Positions 25,420 to 39,030 of a stretch of 64,000 bases of DNA are shown piece after piece (positions within the stretch are counted from its first letter, which is position 1; each line of letters opens with the position of its first letter). The position numbers and the translations under genes were made by a program. This DNA is from Callorhinchus milii (lineage: Eukaryota). A model generated the notes under the pieces. That model ran no database searches. It had not been told where the DNA came from and saw only the letters and a list, made by a program, of their open reading frames with translations. The stretch spans positions 94,428,001-94,492,000 of the forward strand of contig NW_024704742.1 in assembly GCF_018977255.1 (NCBI RefSeq). Direction: 5' to 3'.

Positions 25420-25700
25420 ATGAGGGGTTAAATTGATGCCTGTTCACTGGATGTTAAAGACCCCATGGCACTATTCGAAAAGAGAAGGGAGTTTCTCCTG
25501 GTGTCCTGGCCAATAATCTCCCAAATATAATTGGTCACTCACTCCATGGTGGTTTTGGGGACACTGCTGTCTGCAATTGACTGCCATGTTTCGCCCACGA
25601 AATACACAGTCAATCCACTTTACAGTATATTCTGTGAAGTGCTTTGAGATGTCTCAATGACGTGATAAGAGGCTATAGCAAATGCAAAGATTATTATTAT
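25420..25700 (+). mobile_element. Older Deu SINE 3' portion
   Basis: GGATGTTAAAGACCCCATGGCACTATTCGAA..GTTTCTCCTGGTGTCCTGGCCAA plus core and tail. Confidence 0.75.
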
Positions 25701-28700
25701 CCACAATGAACACCCATATTAAGGTGGTAGATTTTCTGGCAACAGTGTTATTCACCTGGAGCAGAAAGTCCCACTGTGACCTGTGAACTTTCTGACTTGC
25801 AGAACATGCGAGGACCAGATGCAAGCATTAACTTACATTTGTATTGCACCACTGCTAAACAATAGCATCTCTCTCTCTGCTTCTGGTGCCACAGTGTAAA
25901 TTAAGTGTTTGCCCTCCTGCCTGTATACAGATTCCCTATGCCAGCGTGCAAAGGACTGCAGACAGATCTAGAATCGGAGTTCACAACTCTGCAAACAAAC
26001 ATTAAGTTGTGTGAACTTGCAGTTGTATCCTGTCTGCTGTGGTATAAATAAGCAAATGCACAGTAGCAACAGCCTCAGGGTACTGCAAGTGCCACTGTGG
26101 CTCAGTACAGGGGAAATTAAAGCATTTATAAAGCACCTTTCACGTGGGGTAGCGTCCTGGAGCGCTTCATACAAGCCTGGACCATTCCGGTAAGAGTAAC
26201 ATCAGACATGCGGCAGTTGAAATCCAGTAATGATTGTGCGGCCAGTTAATTGCATTAATAGCTAAGGATATACTTTTCAGTTGAACAATGTCAGTATATA
26301 CATAGAAAAGACCAAGGAATCGGATCAAAACACAAGCCAAGCTCTTCGGTGTTGTACTTGTTGCTGAACAAAAACAAAAACCTCGGAGGGGAGGAAATCA
26401 CTTTTCTCAGAAAAGAATATTGCTGGAAGGTGCAAACCCTCTATTGTATACTAGAAAATCATATTCTCTTCTGTTTGAGCATTCTTTACTAACAGCCACA
26501 GCATAGTAAATTATTCTCCTCAGGGTTTGAGTCTAGCAGTATTTCACGACTAATGGTTAACCCATCAATGTAACCATTGTTAACCCTCAAAGTGCCAGAC
26601 AAGTTCACCCACAGAACACTCTCAAGGTTACCTGTTCACAGTCTCCATTTCCAGTTTAGATTTCCAAATTGCACCAGGGAATGCATGCCGTTGAACTCAG
26701 CAGATCCTGTTAATCACTGCGGTATGTACTTTTTATTGGTTGCAACTATCAAGTCAGATTTTAAGGCATTGAAAATCTTGCTCCCACTTTAAAATAAGTT
26801 GGGGGGGGGGGGCAGAATAGGAAAACGAGGGAAATAAAGTAAAAATAAAAAATGGGTAGAACAGAGAAAGAGGAAGAGACAATAATTGGTAAAGATTGTC
26901 ATGGTAAGGATTTTTAAAAATTGTTATGTATTGTATTGAACTAAGTTAAATAATAACAAAAAGCAGATGGTTATTGGGAGTACCTTTATTGCTGTATTAG
27001 TATTAGTATATTGATTTCAATGTCACACTGTGCAAGGTGCAAATTTGCAAACACTTTTGGTCCACAGAGACTGAGGGATTGAAAGCCCTCATCTCAAACT
27101 GAGTAACTGGGAAAAAGCATCTACGACAAGCTGCATTTTCTCCAGGGAAATGCTTGTGCATCGTCCTGACCTGCAGGATTTCAACTCCGCAGAGATTTCA
27201 GCTCAGAGCCAAAGTAAGGTGAATCATTGTGTCCCAGTAGCAATCTAAAGGTTAGTTAATATTTCCCCAACATCTCCAGTCAGAAAATTCTGAACAATCA
27301 TAAAACATTTCAAGAATTCCATGTTGGATCACACAAACCCTCCTAAAGCACTAATCACACATTTGTTCTGCTATCAACATGAAACTGCATTTGTAATCTG
27401 CAGATTAAGAGTTACAATGATTAGATTAAGGGGGGGGAGGGGGAAAGTAAAGCAATTTAATTTGTAATTAAAGAAGCCATGGTTTGCATATCATTATGTG
27501 CATGCTGCTCTACCAAGTAGAGCCACTGTTTCGAACTAAAAAAGCAGACCTCTCAAGGAAACTATTTTCTTGGCAAAATGTGTGAGGCTGCTGGTAAATG
27601 AATCCAGTACACAACGAAAGTCTCCAGGACTAGCACAGCATCTAAAGAATCCAATGTGCACTGATAAACAATGGCCCTGATGCTTAAACCAGCTGTGCAC
27701 TTCTTCCCCTCCCCCTTTCTTAGACGCTGAGTGAAAAGCCGGCCAGAACAATTGTGAAAGTTAGCCCTGCCGCGCTAAACCTAACAGAGGCAATTTGGTT
27801 TCAAAACATGATGGTGAGATTTTAAATTGGACTTGATGAGCCTTTTTAAGGTCCATAAGTTAATTTTGAAATTGAATTTATATGGAAGTCTTTTGGAATG
27901 TTCATTTTTATAAAAAAATTAAAAATGTTTATAAATTACCTTCTCTTTTTTGCATATGTACAACTTTGAGCATGTACAATTTATAGGCTATTTTAAGTAT
28001 AGTAGCCACTAGGAGGCTTGTGAGAGGGGGCCCCCTGGTAATTTGGACAAATCCTGTTATTTCCTCACACCCCAGGAAGCATCTGTTCTCTACTCAACAA
28101 TTATTCTCCACTATATGGCTGGATCAGAACACCACACCCACTGACAGGTTTTTGAGGGTGAAGCTGTGCAATGATTTTGTGCGGCAACATCCTGTATCAT
28201 TGCACACCGACTCTTTTGCATCTCTGCTTTTGGGGTGTTGCCTCACCTCGCCAGATGCTGAAAGATAGATTCCACAAGGATACACAATGCCTTGTCTTTA
28301 TGCAGAAGTTAAAAGATTTTGCAAATCCAACCAGGCTCATCTCTGCAGTCGATAAAATTGGTATGCTCTAATAGGGCACTTCTTTCCTTCCTCTCACCCA
28401 CCCACCCTCCTGAATTACAATACTGAACTGAATTGCAGTCATCATATGTAGACTCAGAGAAGGAACTAACCCGCACCCGTTCCTCAGGAAATGCCATGAA
28501 GCTTTTATTTCACAGCTGATTTAACGATTTATTGCCCAAATGTGGAAATTTTTTAGAAAAGGCCATCATTCACTCTGCAAAAATAGAACCTATTTAACAC
28601 GCCGGCTGCACAAACTCTGTGAAGGTCAACAAAGGGAATTTTATTTTAATTGAATGGTCTGACATTGAGTATGTAGAACTAGCAGTTAAGATGCACACTG

Positions 28701-28852
28701 CTCCAAATGATTATTTGGAAACAGCCAGTACTGTAGTCACCAGTGTTGCAATGACAAAACACATAGTCCCCTATTTGAATTATTCAAACCACCCACTGCC
28801 AAACTGACCATAAATACATTTTTCTAAGTCTAAAGGAAAAGTGATGGCATTT

Positions 28853-29447
28853 CAACAACAACAACAACAAGATTCCATTTATAAAGCGCCTTTCATGTCA
28901 GGAGGACATCCCAAGGCGCTGCACAGTTGGGTCAGGACCCGAGCAGGGGGGAAATGGTCAGGGTGAGGGGAGGGAAGGGAGGGAGCGAGCAGGGGGAAAT
29001 GGTCAGGGTGAGGGGAGGGAAGGGAGGGAGCGAGGAGGGGGTAGAGAGTCGAGAGGGGAGCTGAAAGCTCGGTCAAAGAGAAAGGTTTTGAGATCGGCCT
29101 TGAAGGAGGAAAGGGAGGAGGCGGCGAAGGCACTGGGGGATGGAGTTCCAGAACCTCGGGGCTGAGAGGCTGAAGGCCCGGCCACCGATGGTAGGGCGAT
29201 TGGGGCGGGGGACGTGGAGCAGACCGGAGCCAGAGGAACGGAGGGTACGGGCAGGTAGGTAGGGGGATAGTAGGTCAAAGAGGTAGGAGGGAGCAAGGCC
29301 GTGGATGGCCTTATAGGTGAGGATGAGGATCTTGAAATCAATCCTCTGGGGGATGGGGAGCCAGTGGAGGCGAGCGAGGGTGGGTGTGACGTGGTCCCGA
29401 AGCCTGGTGCGGGACAGTACACGAGCTGCAGAGTTCTGAATGACCTG
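28853..29447 (-). mobile_element. Young L2 LINE, 5'-truncated
   Basis: QVIQNSAARVLSRTRLRDHVTPTLARLHWLPIPQRIDFKILILTYKA..GGRAFS..LWNS motif; (GTT)n tail. Confidence 0.96.
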
Positions 29448-30202
29448 AGTGCACAAAATGACCTGAGTGCACAAAATGCACAAAATGAAGCTGTCTTGTG
29501 AATTAGAGGTGACAATTTCTTTTAGATTTCTGCACTTGCAAACATTCATGTTAAGTGCTTGGAGCAAAATGTTATTACTCTGAACAAAAAAGTTTATAGG
29601 ATGCAGATTTCACCTTTCTCCTGCTTCTGAAAAGGGTTTAATGTCTCATCATAATCACAACAGGTAAGGATTAAGTTGGCTCTTTGGCTCATATAATTTC
29701 ATCCAGAATACCCATCTTCACATTTCAGCATCTAGCTACTTAATGGCTTCAAATTACAACAACTTATGTTTATGCAGCGGGTTTTATGTTGGGTGGACAC
29801 TTCAAAGCACTTCAATCAGCTGAATTGGAGCCCAAGCTGTTAAAAAGAACTAGCTGTCAATCTTGATCAGAGAGGGGTCTGAGAAAGAACTGAGAAACCT
29901 TGGGATGGTCAGAAGGCATAGCGAAAGAAATCACTGAGACTAAAAACAGAGAAAGGGAAATAAATCATATAGTGGTTACGTAATACTAAGACACTATGAA
30001 AGATAGCATTTGTTACTGCTCTTTGTTTAGAAATATCAAGAGATCCCATCCCATAGAAAGAATGCCTAAACCACAGCACGTTGCTCCTCTGTACAGTGTG
30101 GTTGAGATTGGGAAACTCAAAAATAGGGCCCCCAATCTATTCCTCACAACTCTCTAGCACTACAAGTTCGTACTTTGCTATTCTCGTTGGCTAAAAATGT
30201 AC

Positions 30203-30561
30203 TAATAATAATCCTTGCATTTGATATAGCACCTGATCAAGTCTTCGAGACGTCTCGGAGCACTTCACAGAATATACTGTAAAGTGAATTGACTGTATCT
30301 TTTGCGGGCAAAATGCAGCAGCCAATTGCGCACAGCAGTGCCCCACAAGCAGTCATTGATTAAGTGATCAAATTATTATTATTTTTTTGCCCCCAGAAAA
30401 GCGATCCGCCAATCGACTAACAATCGGGTTCCTACTTACTGCTAGGTAAACAGAAGCGTTTGGAGTAAGGAAACTTGCCCAATGTTTCACCCTGCCGGGA
30501 ATCAAACCCAGGTCCTCTTGCTTGCGAGGTGAATGCTCTAACCACTGAGCTACAGGACTCC
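30203..30561 (-). mobile_element. tRNA/Deu SINE, long form
   Basis: Full head, long internal segment, core and tail. Confidence 0.93.
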
Positions 30562-33525
30562 ACATGGCGAGGAAAAGATGGGTAGGGGAGAAATAAAATC
30601 ACAATAAGGCCCAAGTATGAACAACAGCAACAACAAGATTACATTTGTGTAGCCCCTTTCACGTCAGGAGGACGTTCCAACTCTCAATAAAAAGGAGCAC
30701 CATATTATAACACCATATTGCTCTCTTCCTCACTTTGGCAACGTGCGCCTCAAAAACAACCTCTGACGGTGCCTTTGACCGTGCTTTCGGTTATCTCTGC
30801 ACACCTCTCGGCTACAGTCCGCAGCTCTGGTGCCAGCAAGTAGCAAGTACTAACACAAAAGGAGTTCTATAAATGTATACCTGTATTGTAATTAAACTAG
30901 TTTTAGTTTCAGCGGCTTTTTACAAACAAATCAATGTTATTGAGCTGCTGTGTCTATAGCACTGCCAGGAATCACCATTCTGAATGAGAACCCCAAACAT
31001 GAACCACTGTAACTCTGATTTTATACTCGGCAAGTTCACACAGAGGCTGAAATAGTGGATATCCTGCAATCATTCCAGTGAAGCCTTTCATGTAGAAATG
31101 ACGGCAAGAATTAAAGCCTACAGCAACTTTGAATTAAATGATAATGATCGCTGTTGCCAGCAATAGGTTTTTATGCATGTAATTATTATATACTCAATAT
31201 AGCTCCATGCATGTAACCTAGGTCATTTCTATCTACAATTTGAATGACTTCATACTAATACAAAATTAGCATCTGCAACATTTTATACTGTTCATCCCAT
31301 TTAAGAAAGCTCGACATTCTAATCGCACATTGATGTAATAGTGATATTAAAAACACTTCAGTGCAATACCTCTGTTATAGCCCCCTCACCATCAAGATAA
31401 TGACATCTTACCATAACCACTATATTTGTCAAGAGCTTTGAGAATGACAGTTCTTTTATGTGAAAGACATAAGATACCACTTGTTATTGCTCTGGCATTT
31501 GTCTTCATAACAACCTAAAATTTCCAGCTCAAATTAATCACAGCACTTCACAAGGACAACGTTGCAGAGTTTTATTGGATTCTGCTCACTGATGGATGAT
31601 GTACACGTACATAAAGGGTTCAACAAAAAATCTTAAATGATACGAGCAAACATGGCTAACATCTTAAACAGCTGAATGTTGACAAAGTACAAAAGATTCA
31701 TAGATATTGCTACATTACAGCCATGTAAATATTGACCAAATTAAAGCTTGGTAAATACACAGTAAGAAATAAACTCTCCAGTATAAACTCCACCAACTTG
31801 TTTTTATGTAAAAGACAAATAGATCCTCATCAAAATGCCTTCGATGCAGATAACAAGCTAACACACACTAATCCTTAAATTTGTTATAATAATCCTTGCA
31901 CTTTGGTGTAGTGCTTTATCATATTTTCAAAACATCTCAAAAGCACTTCAAGGATTCTATTGTAAAGTGTAGTGACTGTCTTGGAGGAATACACGTTTAA
32001 TTATCTACAATGCAGATACAGATCTTTAAGACAGATTTCAAGATTGTCTTGGAGGAATACACGTTTAATTCATGAAATGTATTTTTTTCCTCCCTGTCTT
32101 TTAGATGGATGACTCTTATGTTCGACAAATGCTGGTAGCTTTCATTCAAGTGGCCATTTTCTATATATGAGCAGGCTGTTCAACCATAGGAGAGGATAAA
32201 AGACATAACCAAGCCAGTCTTCATCCAAAAGATACGACTTCTACACATGCATGTTCTGGATCGTATCACACAAGATACACAGAGTCAATAAGGAACCTGA
32301 ATATTTTCCCCAAACATGGAATACAACAACAATAACTTGCACTTACCCCCCCCCACCTCCCACCCCCCACCCCACACACACACAGGGTAGCATCTCAGAG
32401 CGCTTAGAATAGCCCATGTGCCTCAGATTTCTTATTTCTTATGGAAACCATAAACCATGATATTTAATATAAAATTCACCAGAGGGATTAAGAATTTCCA
32501 TTACAAGTAAAATTAAAACTAGATTCTAAATTGTTCATATGTAGTAAATGCAGGGAGTTAAATTAACTAAATGAAGGGAAAGGAAGGCACAGCCTCCAGT
32601 ATTTGGTCCCTCAGGCAACTAGCCAAAGAATATTTCAGTGGTTTTACTAGTTAGGACAGCTGGACTGGGGAGGGAGGGAAAAGATAAGTTGAAATAGGGA
32701 AGAAGTGTCAGAGGGCAAAAAGTAAACAGATTGTCCCTAATCTTTGACAAGATAGTGGAATTAATGTATTATAACAATTGATGACCACATCACCAATTCT
32801 GACACCGTCATCCTCGGGAACTGGTGAAAATAATTTCTTTATTTACATTGACAGGAAATTCCAATCATCAATTAACCCAGGGCAAGCTTGAGGGAGCGTA
32901 AAACAAGCAAAACTCGCCACCTTTGCATAAGTTCCATTCACAGTACCATTCTTTCTCCTCTCCCCACTTCCTTATTCCAGATACACCTTTTAGCAGCCTC
33001 CTACAGCTCATCAGTATATTATGTTATATCAACCATGCATTATCTTGCCTTTTGGGATTTGTCTACTAATACAGTTACTATCCTTTACAGTAAATCTCGT
33101 GAAGAGAGTTGACATGTTTCGTTGGCATGATAAAACTATTAAATACAAGGATTATTATGTTTATTATTCTTATTCACTTAAATTGGCCAAGGGTTTTGAA
33201 TGAGTGAACACTTTTCAATTAAGTAAATTTAAAAAGTTAATTGTGCTCACCAAAATGTTAATTGGGTTATTTTCTATCAGCGTTAATTGCCCTCCGATAC
33301 GTCACTCAAGTGACTATTCTTTACATGAGCTGAAGTCAGCAGTCTATTAAGACTATGCGGGGAGGGGAAAGAGAGAAATCCCAAATAGTAAACCATTATT
33401 GATTTGGGGCCTCCTTAGCCTGGGGCAGGAGGCGATTGTAGCACGTAACTGCTCCAGTACTGAGAATAGCAAATTGTGGATCAAGGAGTGAGCCAGACAC
33501 GACAAGCACAACTTCCATTTATATA

Positions 33526-34099
33526 CAGTAAAACTCTCAAAAGTCATATCAGCTGAGACCATAACATTTAATATGACTTATGTGAAGTCCAAGTTGCAGG
33601 CAAACTGTACAAGTCTTATAAAATCCAATTTAATCAACAATCCACACTGCGCATGAATAATTCAATGCAGCTGGTAAGTGCATATGCGATAGTTATTCAC
33701 TGCAGCCGATAAGTGCACATGTGGCGATGAGTCAAGATTAAATTTTCCACGATTCAATGAGTCTTGACCTATCGCTACATGCACAATTACCAGCCAGCAT
33801 TAGAATCGCAGGAAATGTTCTTCCCTGTATGCCTCGACAGATCAAAACTACATTTCCCGTGATTCAATGCAGCTGGCCAATAGATTCCCACGTGTTGACG
33901 GATCGGGACATCATTTCCAGTGATTCATAGCAGCCAGTAAGTGCGGGAGTTACGGAGGGCAAGGGAGCTGCCTTACGAGTTGGGAGGTGATTAATACAAG
34001 TTGTACAAAGACCTAAATGTTTTCAATAGGAAACTGTATCAGATTTGGGTGAATGTTTGACAAGTATACCATTTATAAAGACTTATGCTAGTTTTACTG
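33526..34099. mobile_element. Tigger/pogo-like MITE inserted at TA within an L2 tail
   Basis: TA|CAGTAAAACTCTCAAAAGTC ... GACTTATGCTAGTTTTACTG|TA (17/20). Flanks rejoin to ACAACTTCCATTTATATAGTGCCCCTCACATGGGGTAGC. Confidence 0.85.
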
Positions 34100-35583
34100 T
34101 AGTGCCCCTCACATGGGGTAGCATCCAGGACACTTTCTGCCTATGAACAAAAATTGTTTCTAAAAAATCAACATAAAATTCACTGCACAATGATATGGTG
34201 AGTAAGTAGCCCATTTAGGCACATGGACTAAATGTATTAAGCTCCATCATCAGCAGCAAAGGAACAGACATCTGGGAGCCTTCCAAATGTCACCATCCTC
34301 TTTGCCCCCAGCACTAACAGTAGGAGGTAGAGTCACACCATTACAGACCTGCCAGCCCATTTCTTACAACTCTGACAGAGATTACTAACCATAGGGATGA
34401 GACCGGTTTTAAGTTTGTAGGAACTCTGCCACATATTTTCATTGTACCCTTTGTGAGGTCCAAACAGTAATAAAGTCCCACCTGCATTGTTGTGTACAGT
34501 TACATAAAATAAAAAGTGATGCACAATTTTAAAAACATACTTCTTGCATGTCGGCCTCTACCCTACCCCAATTCCCCTCCATTTCCCCTACCACCACCCA
34601 CTCACCAATGACAAGACAGCAAGAGATTTTGCACTTCGTAAACATTGATTGGAATCTTATTTTCAGGTTGCAATTTCCTCCCTGCAGGCTGAGAATCATG
34701 TAAAAGACACTATTGCTAGGGCTAATGGCCTTTCGCCTGTCCTCAGTACTAAACAAAAGTTCTTTGCAATCACAAAGAAGAAACACGCCACCAGCAGCAA
34801 ATATCACCCACAGTCAAGAAAGTCCTGTCCACTGAGCAGTGTCCGCCATCGCAAAATATTACCTTACTGACATACAAGGAGAGTGTGAGCTGAAACAGCA
34901 GAAATTATCTGAGCCTGAACTATTTAGGTTAAGATAGATCCCAAATAATCCAAATTATAGAAACGACTCATCAATTGCTACTCATCCCTCCTCCAAGTAA
35001 ATCAATTTTGAACTGAAATCTGAAGATCTCTTAGCTGCCTATATTCTGTTCTCCACTGAGGATTATGCCAAATTCTCAAGACAGTGAGTGAATCGCCGAC
35101 ATTACAGTAAATGCTGAATTACAAGTCAAAGCCGTGATCCCAGCACAGTACCGACTGCATAGTGAAATATTAATGATTTTTTGTCTAGACTTTGCAGAGG
35201 CAGATAACACGGATCGGAAAAAAAACATATGCTCACTCCTCAAACTTGTGAAAAATACTCTGCTGCTGGGAATATAACCTGGCTCCTGTTTCCTTCCAAC
35301 TGAAATAGCTCACGAAGAAGGAAAATGAGCCAAGACGAGGATCATGGAACATTCAGTGGAACAGAAGAATTTAACAGCAAATCTGTTCCTGTTCAAATGA
35401 TAATTCCGGGAACACAGTTACACTAATATGGTACAAGGATTACTAGCCTTCCTGATTCAGGCAAGAGTTTCATTGACCACAGCAGTAATTTAGAGGAGCA
35501 TTTGCTGAGTACTGATGATCAGTACTGTGATGGATTTTGCACCTCTTTTTCCTCTCGGTAATGACAGATTTATTACAAACCTG

Positions 35584-35770
35584 CAACAACAAAACAACAA
35601 CAAAATTACATTTGTATAGTGCCTTTCACGTCGGGAGGACATCCCAAGACGCTGGACAGACAAGAGTCACGGACCCGAGCTGGGTTGGGGGAGGGTGAAG
35701 GGCAGGGGGTGAAGCAGGGAGATCGAAAGCACGGTCGAAGAGGAATGTCTTGAGGTGGGTCTTGAAGGTG
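35584..35770 (-). mobile_element. L2 3' end (older subfamily)
   Basis: (CAA)n..CATTTGTATAGTGCCTTTCACGTCGGGAGGACATCCCAAG..GCACGGTCGAAGAGG. Confidence 0.85.
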
Positions 35771-36109
35771 GCCTGCAGACATTGGAGTCACCATGCAATG
35801 CACCTGAGGATGCATTTTATTTATTATGCAGGTTTTAAACAGGGACTTCATGTTGATTTGTGTACCACTCAATTCTATTGTAAAAAAAAGGATTTCTGAG
35901 AGCCCACAAACAGTTCACACTTTGACTGAAACTGTTTTGAGAAATACAAAATGTTAGAGAAAGAGAATTGATCCGATATACTCTAGTAAATGTTATGAGC
36001 CGAGGGAAAAAGAAAAATATTTTAGGATCCAACCCTAGTTACAAAGCTTTATTTTGATTCATTAAAAATTGATTAATTTGTATTTCAGTCCTTTCACCAC
36101 AGGAGGATT

Positions 36110-36402
36110 TCTCAAAGAGCTTCACAGGATGCATTGCCATGAAGCGAAAGACATGTTTCATCTTGGGGATTGTTGGCCAGGATAACAGGAGAAACGCCCT
36201 TCTCCTTTTGAATGCTGTCATAACATCTTTAGCATCCACCTCAACAAGGAGAGAGGGTCTCGATTTAACATCTCACCTGAAGGACAAAACCTGTATCACA
36301 CCCCAGCATTGCAACGGAGTGTTGGCCTAGACTGCGAGTTCAAAGTCCCAACGTGAGGCTTTAACCCTAACCTTCTGACTCAAAAGTAAGAGTACTACCA
36401 AC
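36110..36402 (-). mobile_element. Old Deu/tRNA SINE
   Basis: Antisense of head (AACCTTCTGACTCA..GAGTACTACCAACT) and TTTAACATCTCACCTGAAGGAC segment. Confidence 0.6.
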
Positions 36403-38964
36403 TAAAGAAGGCTGATACCTAAAGCTCTTAAGAGTCCAGAACTTCTTAAGATAGATGCCCCAAAAAGGAATATTAAAGGATGCGTGAAGGAGAATGGAAT
36501 TAGATTGGGGAGCTCATGTGGATAAACACAGCAACAAAGACTTAATGGACCAAAAAACTGGTTGTAGCATTCAATGATGCGATCTTTCAGTTCCAAAACC
36601 TAAATATATATATATTGCTTTATGAAGATAAATAGGTATTTGCGTTCAACATCACCGAACACAAGGTCATACAATATTACACTACAAACTACTCTGAATT
36701 TTGAGGATGCTTCAATAAATTTTAACAAGTTCCAGTTACCTATTAATTTAAAAATCAACATTACAGGTCATATTTCGGTTAGGGCATGCTAGGTTAATCA
36801 TTTAGCAACCTCTGTGTATCATTCCAATTCTAACCCTGCAATGGCTTGAACTAACCTAACTGTCCACATACACCACATAGAGGCAATGCTCTTATTATGC
36901 ATTCTGGGTCCAATGTCTCAGACACGACTTTATGATGAAGAACGAAAATCTGGCCAACTTCCCGGTCGTCAGATCGTCACTGACTTCACTTCCTGCAAGA
37001 TGTGCATTTAATGCAACTTACTGTGTGCTGTGCACATGTGCTACAGTGAATTTAGTGATGCTTCTGCTCATTAGTACTTGAGATTTCCAAATGGTTTTAA
37101 TTTTAGCTTGCATTTAAAAATGAATTGGAAGCTACCAGGTTTTAAAAANTCCTTCAAATCTTTCTATAAAAGACATGTATTCTTGAATTCAGATTATTAG
37201 TTATAGCGAGAACCAATTCTATTTGTGGTATTAAATGTTTGATAGTTCAGGGCTGCTCACTCCTCTGGTTCTACTGCCACTGTAACACACTCTGATGTAT
37301 GTCAAAGCAGCCAACAGGAGGTTCAGATTACAATTCAATTTCCTGACACTCAAGATTTTATAATGATATAAAATATTCCTTGTATTTGACATACAGCCTT
37401 ATCACGTCGTTGAAATGTAAAGTGGTGTGACTGTGTGCATTTTATGGGTGAACACTGGAGCCAATTTGTGCATAGTAATGTCCCATAAACAGCTGTGGAG
37501 CGCGTGACCAATTTTTAACGAAAGTCTGTTACGGTCCTTCCGTTGAATATTAAAAAGATCCTATGACACGATTCCAAAGGAAGAGTAGAAATCTTCTCTT
37601 TGTGTCCTGGCCAATGTTGTTCCGTCACTCAAATTCACAAAGACTCAAGTTTAGTCATTCAGCATTAGTGGGTCAAATTAGCTGTTGCCTCTGCCAACAT
37701 ATCAACTTCAAAAACAAACGCTTGAAGACATTTCAATATAAAGTGTTATATCAAATGCAAACATTATTCGATTTGACAATGCGCAGGTGCAGAACCTAAT
37801 CCTAACTTGGATCTACCAAGTAGCTTCTAATTAGCTGATACGCAAGGGTATAGAGCACTCATTGTGAGCTGGCTGGAGGGATCTCCACATTAGGATAGCT
37901 CATAAATAATGCTTTAAAATCATCCAAATGTTATTAATCAGGGTTCCGAGGACAACATTTATTTCAATAAACTGGGTTTTATTTGAAGTCCAGGATCCAC
38001 TTCAATGAGTGTGCTTCGGTTATACATCTTTAGGGCAGAGTAGCATTCCTCTGTAACTCTTCGATAAATTTATATTATGGATATCACTCAACATTAGACA
38101 TAACCCGGTGCCGTTAGGGTTCTTCTTAATTGCAGCTTTCATTTATGCCCCCAAGCCAACCAAGAAGCCTCTACAAAGATCCTCCAACAGTGCCTGCTAT
38201 ATGTAGGTAATATTGTGGTTATTTTACCTGGCTAACTGCTGAAGAATTCCCAACTGTAAGCAAACCATGCCACAAATACCAGGGTTCACAGAATGTATCC
38301 AATGCTTCCAGTCTTTACCAGCACTCAGAACATGAACAACCTTCTCCCCACTATGGTACGTCCTGAAATTCCACCTGGTTTTAGGCTTCAAGAAGATTTT
38401 ATCTTAAAATTTAAGATGCGCAGAGATGTGGAAATTTTTTGTATTCGGTCTCAATTTGGAAGCAGGTTTTCCACAGTTTTTAACAGAACCGGCTTCAAAA
38501 TTAACATTGAATTTAGAATTTTATGCAATTCAGTGCAATCTTAAAATTGAAGTCAAAAAGGTCTTATCAGCTTAGATTTTTTTAAAAATGACAAGACTTA
38601 AATTACTAACAAACAAGAAGCAGTTTCTTTTTACAGAAGCTCTCGATATAGAACCATGGTTTGTGAACTACAGTTTTGAAAATATGAAAAAAAAGTTTCT
38701 CTGTGGTTGGGATTTCAGAAGTCCTTCAACTATACAATAGTGCAAACATTTTATGTTTATAAATAAACAAAAGGGAACTCTAGCATCATCAGCACATATT
38801 GTTAAACAATAACTCCCAACCTTGGTCCGTCACTTAAGATATGGGTCAAGGACCCAAAGCAAACCTGCCTCAGCTCACCAGTCACAACTCAGATGTCAAT
38901 AAGCCAATAGGTATAGACAGATGGTCCACTAGTATTAGAGCTGATGCTTTGGATTAGTCGAGGT

Positions 38965-39030
38965 ACAGGATCTAATTATATGGTGGAATAGGCTCGAAGG
39001 GCTGAATGGCCTACTCCTGTTCCTATGTTC
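38965..39030 (+). mobile_element. CR1 extreme 3' end
   Basis: GGTGGAATAGGCTCGAAGGGCTGAATGGCCTACTCCTGTTCCTATGTTC. Confidence 0.75.

Noticed and set aside
29003..29515. Pro/Ser-rich ORFs overlapping L2 copies (also 63033..63632 and 44539..44907)
   Set aside because: Alternative frames or antisense of GC-rich L2 ORF2, not separate genes.
31977..32070. Repeat-spacer-repeat resembling a CRISPR unit
   Set aside because: Only two repeats, vertebrate context and no cas genes.
35508..35526. AGTACTGAT-G-ATCAGTACT palindrome containing CTGATGA (hammerhead core?)
   Set aside because: No stem II/GAAA architecture follows; a 9-bp palindrome is not unexpected in 64 kb.
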